Shown: positions 35,281 to 48,761, counted from the stretch's first letter. The stretch: DNA of 54,487 nucleotides from Phoronis australis (GCA_002633005.1 NMRA01000258.1:493966-548452); one strand, 5' to 3'. Notes: generated by a model from the sequence alone, not told the origin. Numbers and translations are program-made.

Positions 35281-38200
35281 CTACAAAATAATAACAGTTA
35301 TAAAAACTTTAAATGTCATCTTATAACTGTTAGCAGGATGGAATGCAAGCACACGTGACAGTAAAAGGTTAAAATATATTTAACATTGGTTTCGCACACC
35401 ACCTGTTGATAACAACTGTGACCAGAAGGTTTTAAGTGTGAAAATGTTCCAGTCAGATATAGAGTGTTTATATCATAGGCTAAAGGTGGCCTGTGGTTTT
35501 CCTTTATAGGATAATTTTGCAAAAAGGCCAACGATTATAAATTATAAAGTTTAGAGAAAATGACTAATAAAAGCAAATTTTAACCAAACCCAGTCTGAAA
35601 TTTGTGCCAGATTGGTATAAATTCTAAACTTTTTTGGAAATAATTCACAATTAAGCACTCTTGGAGTAAATGTATGTGTCTGGGATACACACTGAGATGA
35701 AAACAACATAATTTTTGTCTGTGAGAACAGTTAAAATGAACAATAGAATTACACAGTTAACAACTGAAGATGCAGGACCTAACTGAATACGCCAATTCTC
35801 CAACCCCTTCCCTCTGGCCTATCACCAGTGAACTGTTCCACCATCATCAAGTTAGAACTGCAACAGGACATTTCTTCCTACATCCCCCCCTCATTTGCCA
35901 CAGATTTATCCCTCCGAACACCTTTGCCATGCAAAATATCCATTTACCCATGAAATTAATACGCAGTTGCCCACTAAAGCAATGATTTCTGGGGGGGGTA
36001 TAACCTCACCCCCTAAGATCACTCCATTCTTCATAGCTCACCTGTCTCCCACCATNTAACCTCACCCCCCTAAGATCACTCCATTCTTCATAGCTCACCT
36101 GTCTCCCACCATCACTGTTCTCAATGGGTTTACATCAAAAACTGCCTTGACAACATCGAAGATAGGCCTACAAGGTTTGCCTACCACAATGGGGTCGACC
36201 CTTGTTGCTACTTTAACAGGGGCCACCATGGAGCCTGTGCCTATTAACAAACATATTGGGACTATTAGTGTGACATCATTAACTCAAATATCAGTACAGC
36301 ATTAAACGTACCATTTCATTTTTGGTATCAGGATACACCAGTGTCTACCTGAATGAACAATAAGTGTGCAGAGACAATGTTAAACTTTTCAGGTATGAAA
36401 AAATACTTCAAGACACTTTAGACATTGAATTATTAAGCCAATTTGATTAAGTATATTTGAGCAGATTTACAAGAAGAAATCCCTGGATAACAATAGCCAT
36501 GACATTCTAAAATTTTAATGATTACTTAAAAACTTTTGGCGAGATGATACACTATAATAGGCAATAATATTCAAACAGACGTTGTCAATTGACTTCAAAA
36601 TTACTAGACTAAATAGATTTATCACCTGCTATGCAAATATCTCCAGATGTTGGAAGGAAACCATCTTCATTAGTTGCTAAGAACATGCATTTCCTCTTTG
36701 TTATATAAGACGACGCATTCACAATCTTTCGATAACTTATATGCTTGTCAAAACCAACGCAGACACATTTCACCTGAAAACATAACCAAACAAGATGCAA
36801 CACACATCACGAGAAACGGTTGCAAACAATACACTTTTCACATATTATGAACACTCAGTGGTTGAGGAAGACAGAACAGTGTAGCAAACTTGAGAGTGCA
36901 CAATTCGTATGAATAGTTTCGGGCTGTAGGTGTCAGCACCTGTGTTTTGTCACTTGTAATCAACCCCAAGCAATAATGCATTGTTACATGAACATGGTAA
37001 GCATTTTTGAATTACACAAGTCTTGAGACAATAATTATTCCTGGTTTGAAGATTATCAAAAATCCATTCCCAATGTTTGACCCATTAGGAACTTGTATAA
37101 TGATGTGCGCCATTATTTATTATTGAAGTAAGTTCACAACATGCACAGTGCCAATTACTTAATAATAAACTTTACTTAAAGAGGACAAAAATACAATAAA
37201 TGTAAAACACGCTTTATCCAAAGGTTAATATCCAGCATGGTCCTCTGCAGCAAGAAATTAAATTAATTAAATTAAGTTAGATAAACAGATTAAACTAAGA
37301 TACAATAAGATACATTAAATGAAATAGTATTTATAAATTGGATAAACAAATAGAATTAAAGATAAATAAATAAATAAAAAACTTTGGTAAATATATTGGA
37401 AAGACAAGGAGGGACATCTATGACGACCACAGGTAACTGATGAGGTGGTGTCTGAAATTATCATAACAATCAGCATCCTTAAGACTATTAGCCAAATTTT
37501 TCCACGGTTTGATGGTCTGAATAAAGAAGGACTTAGAATAAAACGATGTTCTGTGTCTGGGCAAAACCAAATTGTTTGAGGCAGAAAATCTTGTCCTGAT
37601 CTGGTGGCTATTTCGAACAAGTACGAGATTATGAGATAGATAAGTCGGTACATTACTGTGAAAGCAGCTATGCATCATACACAGACGCCTATATATTTTA
37701 TATATAGGGAGCCACCCCATTCTATTAAACATATGAGTTGACGGAGTGTCAAAAGGCACACCTAGAACAAGTCTGGCCACCTGCTTTTGAGCCTTCAATA
37801 AAGAGGAAACTAATTTTGCATTACTTAGTATGAAACATGGGGTTCATGATCAGTACTGCCACCTGGTAAGTACTACTTGTGTCCAGGAAGTGCTAATGGA
37901 ATGTGTGGTTGAATCAGCTGTATGTAGACAGTGCGTATAGTGGTTCACATGAAAGAGAATCTGCACTTGATTGACTTAGCCAGTTCCGCCAGGTTAACCA
38001 GCTAAGACATCTGGTCAAGTGGTTAAGACATTTGATTGGTTCTCGATGATGACTTCCAACTTACAAACCAATCAGATGTCTTAGCCACTTGGCCCGCTAG
38101 AATCAGCAAAGTAGAGCAAATGCAGACATAGTCTACATCTACCAGCAATTTCTGTGGATAAGCTCACCCAATTAAACACCCATGGGCGTTTAATTGGTGT

Positions 38201-41200
38201 TACAACTTCTGGCGTCACGTGCCCAGAAATTGGGCGTTTATTCAGAAAATGTCCTCTTAAAGGCCCACTCAATGTCCTATTTTAGCCACAAACTCAGTTT
38301 TGTGAAGCATTTATCACTTACAATACAAACAAAGTGTTGGCAAACCATGCATTCAGTAACTTAACATTAAAAAACACAGTTTATGCAAAAAAATCGGTGA
38401 TATTTTCATATCAACTGAGACTATGATTTTTATGTCAACACGACCCCTTCCCAAATAAAACGTCCAAGCGTTAATTCGGTGTTACTGAAACGCCTGAAAG
38501 TTTTAATTTTACAAAAAATCACGGTACTAATCTACATTAAATTCACCAAGCTTGAACAGTCCTTACAGGCAACAGTTAAAAGTAAAAATTGCCCTTCTTT
38601 CAAGCTTGGCCATCATTTCCAAGATTTTTGTATCGGCCTTATTCAATGTTACACACAAATAATGGACAACCTTGTGCTAACCGCACTGTACCTTACAAGC
38701 AGATCATGGGAGATGCTTATTTTGATGAACATTAATTGAAAAACAAGTTTTGTTTGGTGATGGAATTCTGTTAGTCAGCAAGAATTATGTTATAGACCAG
38801 TGATCTTATTCCAGGTTGTAGAGTGAAGGTAACGAGATCACTTGTTACATATTCCTGAAATGCCAAATGTTACACGGGCTTCTGTTGGAAGGACAGGTGC
38901 TTTGTACGTTCATGTTATTTATTGCTTAGACAGTGAACACGTCATCCCAGCCTCATACACACCTCTGGGTCTAGAGTTATTTTCATCCAGTCCTCATAGA
39001 ATTCATCGTCTCCAACCGGGTCAGGCTGAAATGTAAACACAGATATGCAACACACAATACACAAACTTTATAAACATTCTCAGCACTTACTGCAAATACT
39101 ACAAGTCATAAATAAATAATTTCATTGAAATCTTATTTAAAAGTTGCCCAACTAAATATGGATTCACCACAATAAATATTTTCAAGCATTTAACATTGTG
39201 GTGTAAAAACCTTTGAAAAAAACCAACGACAAATGCTTTTTAAAGCCAAATGATATTTTATTATAACATCGTCTTTTTATGGTCATGAAATAGCCATGTA
39301 ACATGACCGTGTGACAACCCAATAGATTATTGTTCACAATGGTGAAAGAAGAAAGAACAGGCAAAGAAATGTGGGTTTATTCTATGCTTTGACCTCCTGA
39401 AAATACTTACTCTGTACGACCGCACACCCATATAAAAACCTCTGGTAATAAAACACCCGTTTGAAAACACGTGACTCCTTAGCATACAGACATGCATTGC
39501 AGATGATCGTGAACAATGTATACAAAAGTGCACAGAAATTCAAGATCTCTACAAATGAGAGAAAGACCTCTGGCTTAAATTGTTTGCCATGCAGTAGTCT
39601 CACCCCAAGACCTGTATATCTAATGCCATTATTGTCAAACTCTGTCGCCATGGCTGCACTTCCTAGGAGGTACACTTTGTCTTTGAACTTCAGTACATTC
39701 TTCAGATAAGCTGCCATCACATAGGCAGTGCACACAACATCTTCCTAGAGAAAATACAAGTTACCTTGAAAATGAGCTGAAAAAGCATATCTACACCAAA
39801 TCCAAAAAAGTAAACCATCTACCAACATCAAATCAACATCACTCACTTCTTCTATCAATAAGAAACACGAAATCATGAAGAAAATTCAGAACAACATGTA
39901 TTAACCAAGATGGCTGACCACTGACTCTAGCGACTACTATTCAGTCACTTAAACACTACATCAAATTTTAAGAAAGAGCAATCACTTATTATTGCCATCA
40001 TTTGTAATCAACAAAAAGTTTATAACGGGTACAGCTACCATAGCACTGAAAGTAAAACTTAAAAGTAAACATATTTTTCAAATAAACTTGTGAGAACAAG
40101 CATAGCTATGAGAGTGCAAATTTGACGAAACAAGCAAAGCTTACCATAAATGAGAGGATAGATTTGCAACATAATTTACCTGTTTTGCTGGAAATCCAAG
40201 CTTTTCGCATTTCTTAAAGTAGTCTGCGCGAGTCTTGGTGCTATTATTAGTCACATAAAACACACGTTTTCCCTGTAACAAGGTAAAAATGCAGGTACAC
40301 CACATACAGCAAAATGCATCAAAAAGTCAAAATATCTATGTGGTTTCATTAGCCACAATACAATGAGTAATTTGACTTCTCATTTTAATCAGACCATTGA
40401 ATTTATCTGTCTCAACTCTCCTTTCCAATTAATTTCATTTGCTAAAAGATTGATTTTAATTAGAAAATACATGACTTACACATTACCAGACTCAACTTCA
40501 AATTATTAATTTCAGAAGTAACAATTGCAACAAACCATCTCTTTAAGCTTCTGAACTGTTTGACAAGCACCCTCAATGGCCAAGGAATCATTCCACAACA
40601 CACCTAGAAATAAAAAGTAAGCTCATGGATGATAAATATGTACATTTGTTTTCATTCAAATGTTCAACTCCCAAGTTTTGGTGCGCATGCCATACTTGTG
40701 CTGCCACCTGCAGTACAGGGCAACAGTCTTTTGTTCACATAACATCCCTATGTCGAGCTTTGAAAAGCATTTGAAATTTCTGACAAAGCATCTTTGGAAA
40801 TTCAAACACTTTTTTATTTAACAATCTGTAATTGCAGAAAGCAATCACGAACTGAGAGTAAGGTAAATGCTCTTCAATCAAGCACATATAAGGGAGAAAT
40901 TTGAAATTTATGCCCCCAATAATTTAGAGGGTAAATCATGGTGGGGCAGTGAAACTGGTGCAGCTGAAGGAAATGACTATACAGATGATGATTGTATGTG
41001 AGTAAAACTACCAAACTTATGGTTGTTTATTACACGCTTCAGTCCAATTTATGGAAGTGAAACGACCTTCCTAGTTGATTTGCTTGTCTGTAACACATCA
41101 CCCTGGCAGACGCCAAGATGCGGAGGGGCGACGCCATGATGCGGAGGGGCGACGTTGATGTTTGGGAATGCTCAACTGTGCATAGTTTACTTTATAACTT

Positions 41201-42959
41201 CTAAAACAAAATATGGTGAAGTTATGCCAAAAAACGATTAGTTGTGAAATAATACCTTGACTACAAATATGTAGAAAATATTACCATTGCTTGCTTTTTA
41301 ATGCTTATTCATGAATAGGCAAATTATGTAGTTTGACTTAACCATTGTACCAATGAACTATAGGGGTGGTAACTGGCATTTTTGGCATGTGGCCAAATAA
41401 ATCTCACAGGTAATTGGTAACATAATCATAAACGCACGCAATCGAAGAACATTATAGTTGTGTCTGTTGGTTCAGCAAAACTGCAATTGTCTCCCTTTTT
41501 ATTTTTTCATCCTAAATATGCTAATTACATGTCACCTGACCAAAACAGTTGTGACCTTGACTTTAAGAAAACATGGCTGTCAGCGGACTAGTTTTACATA
41601 TAGCCAAGTAAGTTGCACTGATAGTATAACTGAATTCAACTTAACTACAAGAGTAAAGGATCAAAGAACAGCAAACAAGAGTGACACCTAGTGTTGGTAT
41701 GCATCACATACAGCACAGATACAAGTTGTTCATTATTTTAATCATCCTCACTAAACAGAGCTATGCTAGTGAACTTAATAATAGCTTCTAGAAGGTTCAA
41801 CGCAAGTCAGAAATACTCTTTTTAGTAGGAGCACACGTGGGACCTTCACGACGTTTGGAGGATAGGAAGGCAGACAACAAAGGAAACAATAGAAAGGCCA
41901 CTAGGGGAGTAGGCAATGACCATTGCCTCTGTTGGCCCAACAGAGGCGATGGGCATTGCCTACTAGGGGAGGCAATGTATGTCAAATCTGTCTGAAACAG
42001 GATTTTTGCTGTTGTCTGCGTAACTTGGTAGATATCAAGGCAAACGCAAAGAAGCTCAAAAATTGCCACTAGGTGATTCCACAGAAGTCAGACTTGCCTA
42101 AAAATCTACGCCAGTTATACTCGCCTTAATAGAAACAAATTTAATCAAGACACACCAATGAGCCGTGGCTATTGAGCGACAAGTAGGCCTAAAAAATGAA
42201 ATTGCCACAAGAGGGTGCAACAGATAAAACATAAACCAATTATTGTAATGATTAACAGAAACCAGGCTCGAAATTAATAAAGATGGCCACTAACTAGGTA
42301 TAGGTGGCATACAATTCGTCAAATCCATCTGAAAATGAATGTTCTCATCTTTTTAATGGAAACCAATTGCCATATTTCAGGAAAATCAGGAAACAAAATT
42401 TATGAACATTCATCAAGGAGTTTTGAAGATATAGCAGAGGACTTCGGATGGGGATGGCAGCATAATGCACCCACCTATACGAGTGCATGAAAAGGTCGGA
42501 TTCCGACCTGTGTCTGTGACTGTGAGGTAAGTCTGAACTTGTTGGGTTTTCAGGTTTTCAATATATATTTTCACTCAAAGGTTTACGCTAGCTCCCGAGG
42601 GCAAATTTCTATTGACAAGTTATGCATGAGGATTACTAACGCTGCTGCACGTTGGCAATCAATCGATATAGACATACATAGTCGATGTCGGTCAGTACCG
42701 GGAAAGCGGTATTACCAAAGCGGTAATGGTTACCGGGGAAGAATCAATCACTGAATGAGTGAATCAGCTGTTTTACGACGGCCGCCGGTCAGGTCATTTG
42801 CTTTCAGTTTTATCGATATCAGTGAAGAATCATTCTAGTCAAGCTAGAGCACACTTGATTATGTCTTATATACTTGCCATCACAGTCTAGTAGAAAACAA
42901 TCAACCGATTCTAGGAAATGTTTGGCATTGGCCCGTGACAGCAACTTGCATGCAGCCAT
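35094..42959 (-). CDS. PGP: Phosphoglycolate/glycerol-3-phosphate phosphatase (HAD-IIA family), 307 aa, 8 exons
   Basis: Exons 42959-42878, 40603-40536, 40272-40180, 39744-39604, 39025-38963, 36773-36626, 36240-36099, 35280-35094 give 924 nt in frame. HAD motifs present: LLDCDGVLW, VTNNS, VGKP, MVGDRLNTDI, PDYY. Could be a PGP/PDXP paralog. Confidence 0.92.
36099..36240 (-). CDS. PGP: PGP exon 7 GTGSMV...VGKP...MVGDR
   Basis: taatag acceptor, gtgagc donor. Confidence 0.92.
36626..36773 (-). CDS. PGP: PGP exon 6 VKCVCVGFD...FLATNED...CIA
   Basis: tttcag acceptor, gtgata donor. Confidence 0.92.
37160..37820 (-). mobile_element. CR1/L2-group LINE 3' fragment in PGP intron 5
   Basis: ORF 37418..37798 (QKQVARLVLG...GWLP...RTR...SF...W.NL) is typical of the post-RT C-terminus; followed by a 3' UTR and (TTA)n tail. 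Confidence 0.8.
38963..39025 (-). CDS. PGP: PGP exon 5 PDPVGDDEFYEDWMKITLDPE
   Basis: tttcag acceptor, gtgtgt donor. Confidence 0.88.
39604..39744 (-). CDS. PGP: PGP exon 4 EDVVCTAY...YTGLG
   Basis: ctctag acceptor, gtgaga donor. Confidence 0.92.
40180..40272 (-). CDS. PGP: PGP exon 3 GKRVFYVTNNSTKTR...AKQ
   Basis: ttacag acceptor, gtaaat donor. Confidence 0.92.
40536..40603 (-). CDS. PGP: PGP exon 2 (G)VLWNDSLAIEGACQTVQKLKEM
   Basis: ttctag acceptor, gtttgt donor. Confidence 0.9.
41108..41155. repeat. 21-bp tandem repeat, about 2.3 copies
   Basis: gacgccaWgatgcggaggggc x2. Confidence 0.8.
41830..42493 (-). mobile_element. Degenerate Helentron/HINE-like copy in PGP intron 1
   Basis: gccactagg units and a head palindrome-like remnant at ~42465-42493. 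Confidence 0.5.
42878..42959 (-). CDS. PGP: PGP exon 1 MAACKLLSRANAKHFLESVDCFLLDCD(G)
   Basis: caaacATGG start with an in-frame upstream TAA; GCAAGT donor. Confidence 0.88.
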
Positions 42960-43051
42960 GTTTGTGAACTCTGACCTTTCATATGTGCGCGCAAAATGAG
43001 GACATTACTCCATAAGCATTGGGGCTCACCAAGAACGTTCACAAGACTATT

Positions 43052-43070
43052 CAAAATGGCCGCCGCCATT
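43052..43070. promoter_or_regulatory. Back-to-back YY1-like motifs in the PGP promoter region
   Basis: caaaATGGCcgccGCCATt carries AATGGC cores on both strands, about 100 bp upstream of the PGP ATG in a CpG-richer patch. Confidence 0.4.
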
Positions 43071-44581
43071 ATAGCACCACAGACCGTAGCGTCACATAAC
43101 GGCCGTGTGTGCACCGACGAAGTACGCGAGGCGTTGGCTACCGCCGATTTCAGTTGCGTTTTGACTGGTATGAGCACCACGTGCTTCAGAGCGTGGCAAA
43201 GCACAACTGCCCTCTGCCCAAACAATGGTTAGACTGCCCAGCAACACGTGTATACCAGCATAATCGTGACTGCTACCTGCACTTGCAAAACGAGCACATT
43301 TGCATGAATACGAAGGGGTTGGCTCTGCATAGACCAACTGACAACAGCAATCTCTTGATATTCAAATCATATACAAGTCAGACCAAATTGTGACAGACTT
43401 GCTGAACAAAACACAAAAACTAAAATTAAGGTGGTTTATGTCAGAATGTTAAACAATATTTATTCACTCAATGTAAACGAATTTAATTAAAACCCAACAC
43501 CGAAGTTATTAGTTAGGATCTAAATTCATGTCTTACCGCAAACAACATTTAACAAAACAGAATCACACAAGTGATGTAACCTTGTGCACAACTTAGATGT
43601 ATGGTGCCGGACAGCACAGGTTAGAATCATTCGAAAACGTGCATTGTGTGCCACTGTTTCCTTGATATAGAAACTATTTGACCAAATGTATGGAATTTCA
43701 CCAAAGAAATCAAAATATAAAAAGCGCAACCACAGGGGTCAGCAGTAATCAAAACATGAAAAATTCGTGTGATGTCAGCCATTGTTATAACCACAGAAAT
43801 ATATTTGCAAAAACTAATGTAGCCCCTTGATAGGGTTCACGAGTAACACTCTGTCGACTGTCCGTAGTCAAGGATTGTAAAATACTAGATGGTATATTTT
43901 TTCCATTGTATCTTCCTTGGAAACAAACACAAAACTCAAATTTTTTTTCTTCATAGTCACGCAGAAAACTGATAAGGAAGTATTATCTGAAATCACTAGC
44001 ATCTCACAAACTGGTCCCCAAAGCACCTCGAAATGGCTATACACAAAAACTGGCATAGTTTAGCGCATTTTGGCATTCCAAATAAGGTTAACGGAAACCC
44101 GTTTGAAAATGCAAACTGTCTTTGGATAGAGAGGCACAGTTTTTACAAAAATGTAAAGCATTTTTTCACTACCTTCTATTCGAACCGTTTTAAAACTACT
44201 TCACTTACTGAACATATTTGAACCAAAGATGGACTATTTTGGGCCAAAATATTGACGACGCTTCAACTTAAAAAATATTGGCCCGGATAATTTGAAAAAA
44301 CCTTTTGACCATATCTCAACAGGACGTATGAACGCACATTTTTTCAAGATCTGAAGCGATGACCCTACAGTCGACCTCGAGGGATGGCAGTTAATAATGC
44401 TAAGAAAATCCTCAGTTAACGCTTCGGAGCAAATTCATCACAGACGGCGAGTCCTCATGACACATTTTTGTTCAAAAGTTTCACATCTGAAATATTTCAC
44501 GATTTAAATGGACTTCTTTGCCCACCATTTTTTCTCGTACCCAACGTTTCCCCTCTTTGTTGTACTCCCCCCTCCACCCCC

Positions 44582-44687
44582 NNNNNNNNNNNNNNNNNNN
44601 NNNNNNNNNNNNNNNNNNNNNNNNNNNNNNNNNNNNNNNNNNNNNNNNNNNNNNNNNNNNNNNNNNNNNNNNNNNNNNNNNNNNNNN
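44582..44687. other. Assembly gap (106 N)
   Basis: Run of N flanked by C-runs. Confidence 1.
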
Positions 44688-44987
44688 CCCCAAGGCCTTT
44701 CGTGATGGTTTAGCTTCACATCGGGAAAAAAGCTGTTCACGTGGAACGCAAGCTGAGAACTTAACTCCGAGTCCATTATTTGGTTTGCACACAGAGGGAC
44801 TTGACAACAGGTAACTATGGTGAAAGTGGTCTAACTGAGTTTGACAACACGTGACCATTTAGTTCATCTAATAGAACAACGGGGAGTGGGTGCGCTAAGC
44901 CTCTTGTCATTGACTTTTGTATTTCCCGCCAAATATTCAAATATTCGAACCAGAAAACCACTGCTATTGAGACAAGGGAGACGTGCG

Positions 44988-45069
44988 ATTACTACTGCTA
45001 TTACTACTGCTATTACTACTGCGATAACTACTGCTATATACGAAACCTTACTACTACTACTACTACTAC
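44988..45069. repeat. (ATTACTACTGCT)n plus (CTA)n microsatellite
   Basis: Directly visible. Confidence 0.9.
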
Positions 45070-47184
45070 ATCGAGATTTATAAATATATTGTGTGTGGAG
45101 TTCCTGAACAAGTGAGAATGCCTTTCATAGATTACTTCAACAGTTTCTGCGGATCCATCACCGTGTAAGTACTCTGATTTTACTACAGGTGTAAAGTTGA
45201 CGTTTTTTAAGAAACTGTTATCAAGCAAACACTAACGAGGCATGCTGGCCTTAAGCTGGTCAGATCGCAACTTGGTGAAAAGGGAGTGTTTTGAGTGTGA
45301 CCATCAACATTTGTCCATTTAGATGAGCAAAGAAATAAAAGTTGGGCCAGGATGGATAAAGCCAGGAAGAGATTTATCTCTTCCTGATAAAGCTGAGTAA
45401 ACATTTCAATCAAGTGAGAGTTTTGAAATGTGTGGTTGCATGTGGAGTCTTTATGTTCTTTTTATAAATTCGCGGTTTTTCTCACCATTATTAAATTATG
45501 TTGTCAACTCATTCGGCAACAATCGGATGACATTTTTCAACCCCGAAAGCTTCTGAATCGCAATTCAACATTGGCAGCTAAACGTTTTCGACGTTGGTAG
45601 TTATCGCTGTGTAGTTGAAACGATAGTTCTCTTTCAAAATATTTAATCGAGGTCCTAAAAATTGGCAGTAGGTTACATTTTTGATACTGCGAATGATTTC
45701 AATTTGTTTTTAGTATCTTAATTGCATTAACCAACTGCCCTCAAAATACGTTCAAAATATCCTCATGCACTTTAATTCTGTTTAAGCGTACTGTTATTAT
45801 AAACTGTTGAAGGAGCTATTTTCTTCATGGGAAGTATTTCACTTATGTGAAATGTACTTTCAATCGCTTCAATCGGTTTTTGTAAAAAATATTAAAGACG
45901 CACCATATGGGAATGGGTGGAGGGGGGGGGGGGGGGGGTTATAGCCCTCACTTTTTTCAGTGCTGCGCCGCCCATGCAGACCCTTCAATTATGTCAGACC
46001 AGGTCGCCCAACATAGGGTTTCATTACAAGCAAACCGTGAACCAACACAATGCTTTTTGGAAACCATTGAGGAAATTTATTGAAAGCCATGTCTAGAATA
46101 CTAACTGTTATCGTTGGAGAGATCCAGCATCCTAGAGGTTTAAATAATCCTTGATGACAAAAGTGTAAACGAGACATGTCGATTGTTGAACCCCATTCTT
46201 GCCAGAAAATACGAATTTAATGCACTTAAGTCCAATATATGATGAAAGATTAGGCAAAAATGCAAAAAATGACGCCCTGCTCAAACTTTTGTAGCGGAAA
46301 CGATAAAAACAAGAATTAGTTCAACGAAGTAGGCTAAAGTCACTGATAACAGATTTCTATTATGATTTCCAATACGTCGAAAAAAGGCCACGTGGGGCAA
46401 AATCTTAAACGGACAAAATGTTTAAATACATCATGTCACGACAGTATAGTCTGCGATGATTGGTGTAATCGCATGAATTGCATGCTGTCCGGCGATAAAA
46501 TCTCCATGATCATGCCGCGGACATCATTTACTTCACTGAAACATGACCAGGAACCCTAAACATTTCCGAGTGTCGTTTTTTGTTTTCATAGTTTTCTCTA
46601 CCCTATGTTCGCTTTTTCGCATTGATTTCAGTGTTCCCCTACGCATCTGTCAGGTTTTCACGCGTATATATACAGTAATTCGTTTAGTAAAGACCACAGA
46701 AAAAATCGTTTAGTAATCACTGAGCCTACTTAAATCTCTCTGAATCTTTCATCACCCCAACGATTTCCCCGCGGACCCGGCCGCCCGCGGTTCTTAACGA
46801 AACCGAGAACTCATGACCTGGGTAATGGACCTCACTCTCGCTGGTTCCCTTCTTGTCCACTAGGAGAAAGAAGATACGCACGCCATTTTTTTTAAANTGA
46901 ACGCACATTATATAGACATCACTTTCATTATGGTCTTGTGAGAGAGACATCAAAATTTACATCAAGTTCATGTTAATTGTAGTATAGGTTTTGGAAATGT
47001 AAATTAAATGATTTTAATTCATAGTATTTTAGTTAATGTGCTACATCTCCAAACAAAACAATTATAGTGTCTTAATGGGTCCAAGTGGTGTGCAAGTAAA
47101 TGCCTGTAATCTCAAGTGATAACTTTAAAGAAGCATTTTATAGTTGCACCTGTTGGGAAATGCGTTACGTACCCTGTACTGTAA

Positions 47185-47787
47185 CGTTTTCCCATTCAGT
47201 GACTTCACCAGACGTAGGTGTTCTGAGCGTGTGATAACATCTAACTTCTTTGTTAACTGCCAAGCACATTCTTTTGTCTGTTGCGACAACTGTAGAAGGC
47301 CAATTATCTAGCAGGCTTATTACAGACCACGGAAAGAATTAATAGATTGTCGTAGCTTCGGTTGCACGCAGTTGGGCGATTTTGGCAATTCAAAAACTAA
47401 ACACGATCACCATTTGATGAAGATTTCAGAAATGCTGTTGGTTTATGTGTTGTAACTTAACTTTTATTTTTAACAGCACAACCCAGTTAGGGTATAGATA
47501 CGAACTTATTGGAGATTATAGCAATTATTGAACAAAAGAGAGCTGGCCCTCCAACCATAAATGTCAAAATGGAGGTAATCTATTCTTTCCGAACATAGAG
47601 CATATACCAACTCACTTTGGGTTTCACTACATGTTCACACATGGTCTGTAATAATCCTGGTAGATAATTGGCCTGCCTGTTGTCATACGAGACAAAAGAC
47701 TGTGTTTGGCAGTTAACGGAAAGAAGCTAGATGTTATCACATGCTCAAAACCCTCTACATCTGGTCAAGTCACTGAACGAAAAAACG
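47185..47787. mobile_element. MITE with ~145-bp imperfect TIRs
   Basis: 47185-47329 is the reverse complement of 47642-47787. Confidence 0.8.
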
Positions 47788-47864
47788 CCGTCATGAGCAA
47801 AATTGCTAAAGGTACCCCACTGTGAATTTGCAGTTAATGGATGAACTTTATTTATTTTCCATAG

Positions 47865-48033
47865 CTTCTTTTCTGGATGCTGCCCTCTTCGACCGACCAC
47901 GACAGATGCACCTCCCCCACCTTCCGACCCCGCACCGACTCTTATCGACCGTCAGCCTGTGAGATTGATGAACAACTGTCACCCTACTGAGCCAGAACCC
48001 CGCCCACCACCGTTTGATGAGCAATGTCTACCG
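47865..48033 (+). CDS. Candidate internal exon of an unidentified gene (Pro-rich)
   Basis: Strong polypyrimidine/catag acceptor and gtgagc donor, C-rich against background. Only one frame is open: FFSGCCPLRPTTTDAPPPPSDPAPTLIDRQPVRLMNNCHPTEPEPRPPPFDEQCLP. Confidence 0.5.
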
Positions 48034-48761
48034 GTGAGCATTGTCCGTCTGACTTGATTTTTATTTTCCATTGAGAATACAGTAAAATCTCAATTCAAGA
48101 CACAATGTTCGCAGTATATCATTAATGAAAAATGTAAAACCTCTAAATTGTAAACTTAAATTCATTATATAGATCATGTTTAGAAGAACTTTAAACCTAG
48201 TGATGCAGATCAATACCAAGGTACAGCGACCCCTGGTGAGGACTATTGTGATTTATAGTTTTGGACATCTGCAGATGCTTGTATACATCCCACTCATGGC
48301 AAATCAGGATGTGCCGGTCTCACTAGTACTTGATCCATAGGAGGTTAAGTTTTCATTTGCAACCCCATCAAGGACTATTTTCTTCAAGCTCACCGTTTAC
48401 AAACTTGTACTCAAATAGTAGAAAGAACTTCTATTTTGTATTTTGATAGTGACTTGTCACATTTAAGGACCTTAAAAGCTCTCGTTTGAGAAATCTAGCT
48501 TGAATTATTGAGAGACTGATCAGATTTTGAAGTTATGATATGCCCAGTCTCTAATGTTGCAGCTTTATTTTTCTTTTGCCGAACTTGTGTCCCTTCAACT
48601 TTATTGTAAAGTCTAATATTTACGACACGCGCTTGACTATAGTTTTTTATGTCTTTACGCAATTAGTTTTCCCAATGGACGTACTGGAATATATATTTGC
48701 TTATATTTTTACTGCATGTCGTCATTTTACCAACGCTCGCATTTCGAAGGATATAAAGAGA

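Noticed and set aside
36001-36112. Duplicated PGP exon-7 donor (extra MVGDR mini-exon)
   Set aside because: A 55-bp duplicate directly across a single N, differing only in a C-run length; most likely a contig-overlap artefact.
44468-44858. ORFs spanning the N gap
   Set aside because: Open only because of the Ns.
45440-45830. Possible hAT transposase C-terminal relic on - (LPMLNCDSEAF)
   Set aside because: Similarity is too short and broken to support without a profile search.
47980-48330. RNF11-like identity for the candidate + gene (EPRPPPFDEQ)
   Set aside because: PPPF is not PPxY, the next exon-like segment has an in-frame TAG, and no RING exons are visible.
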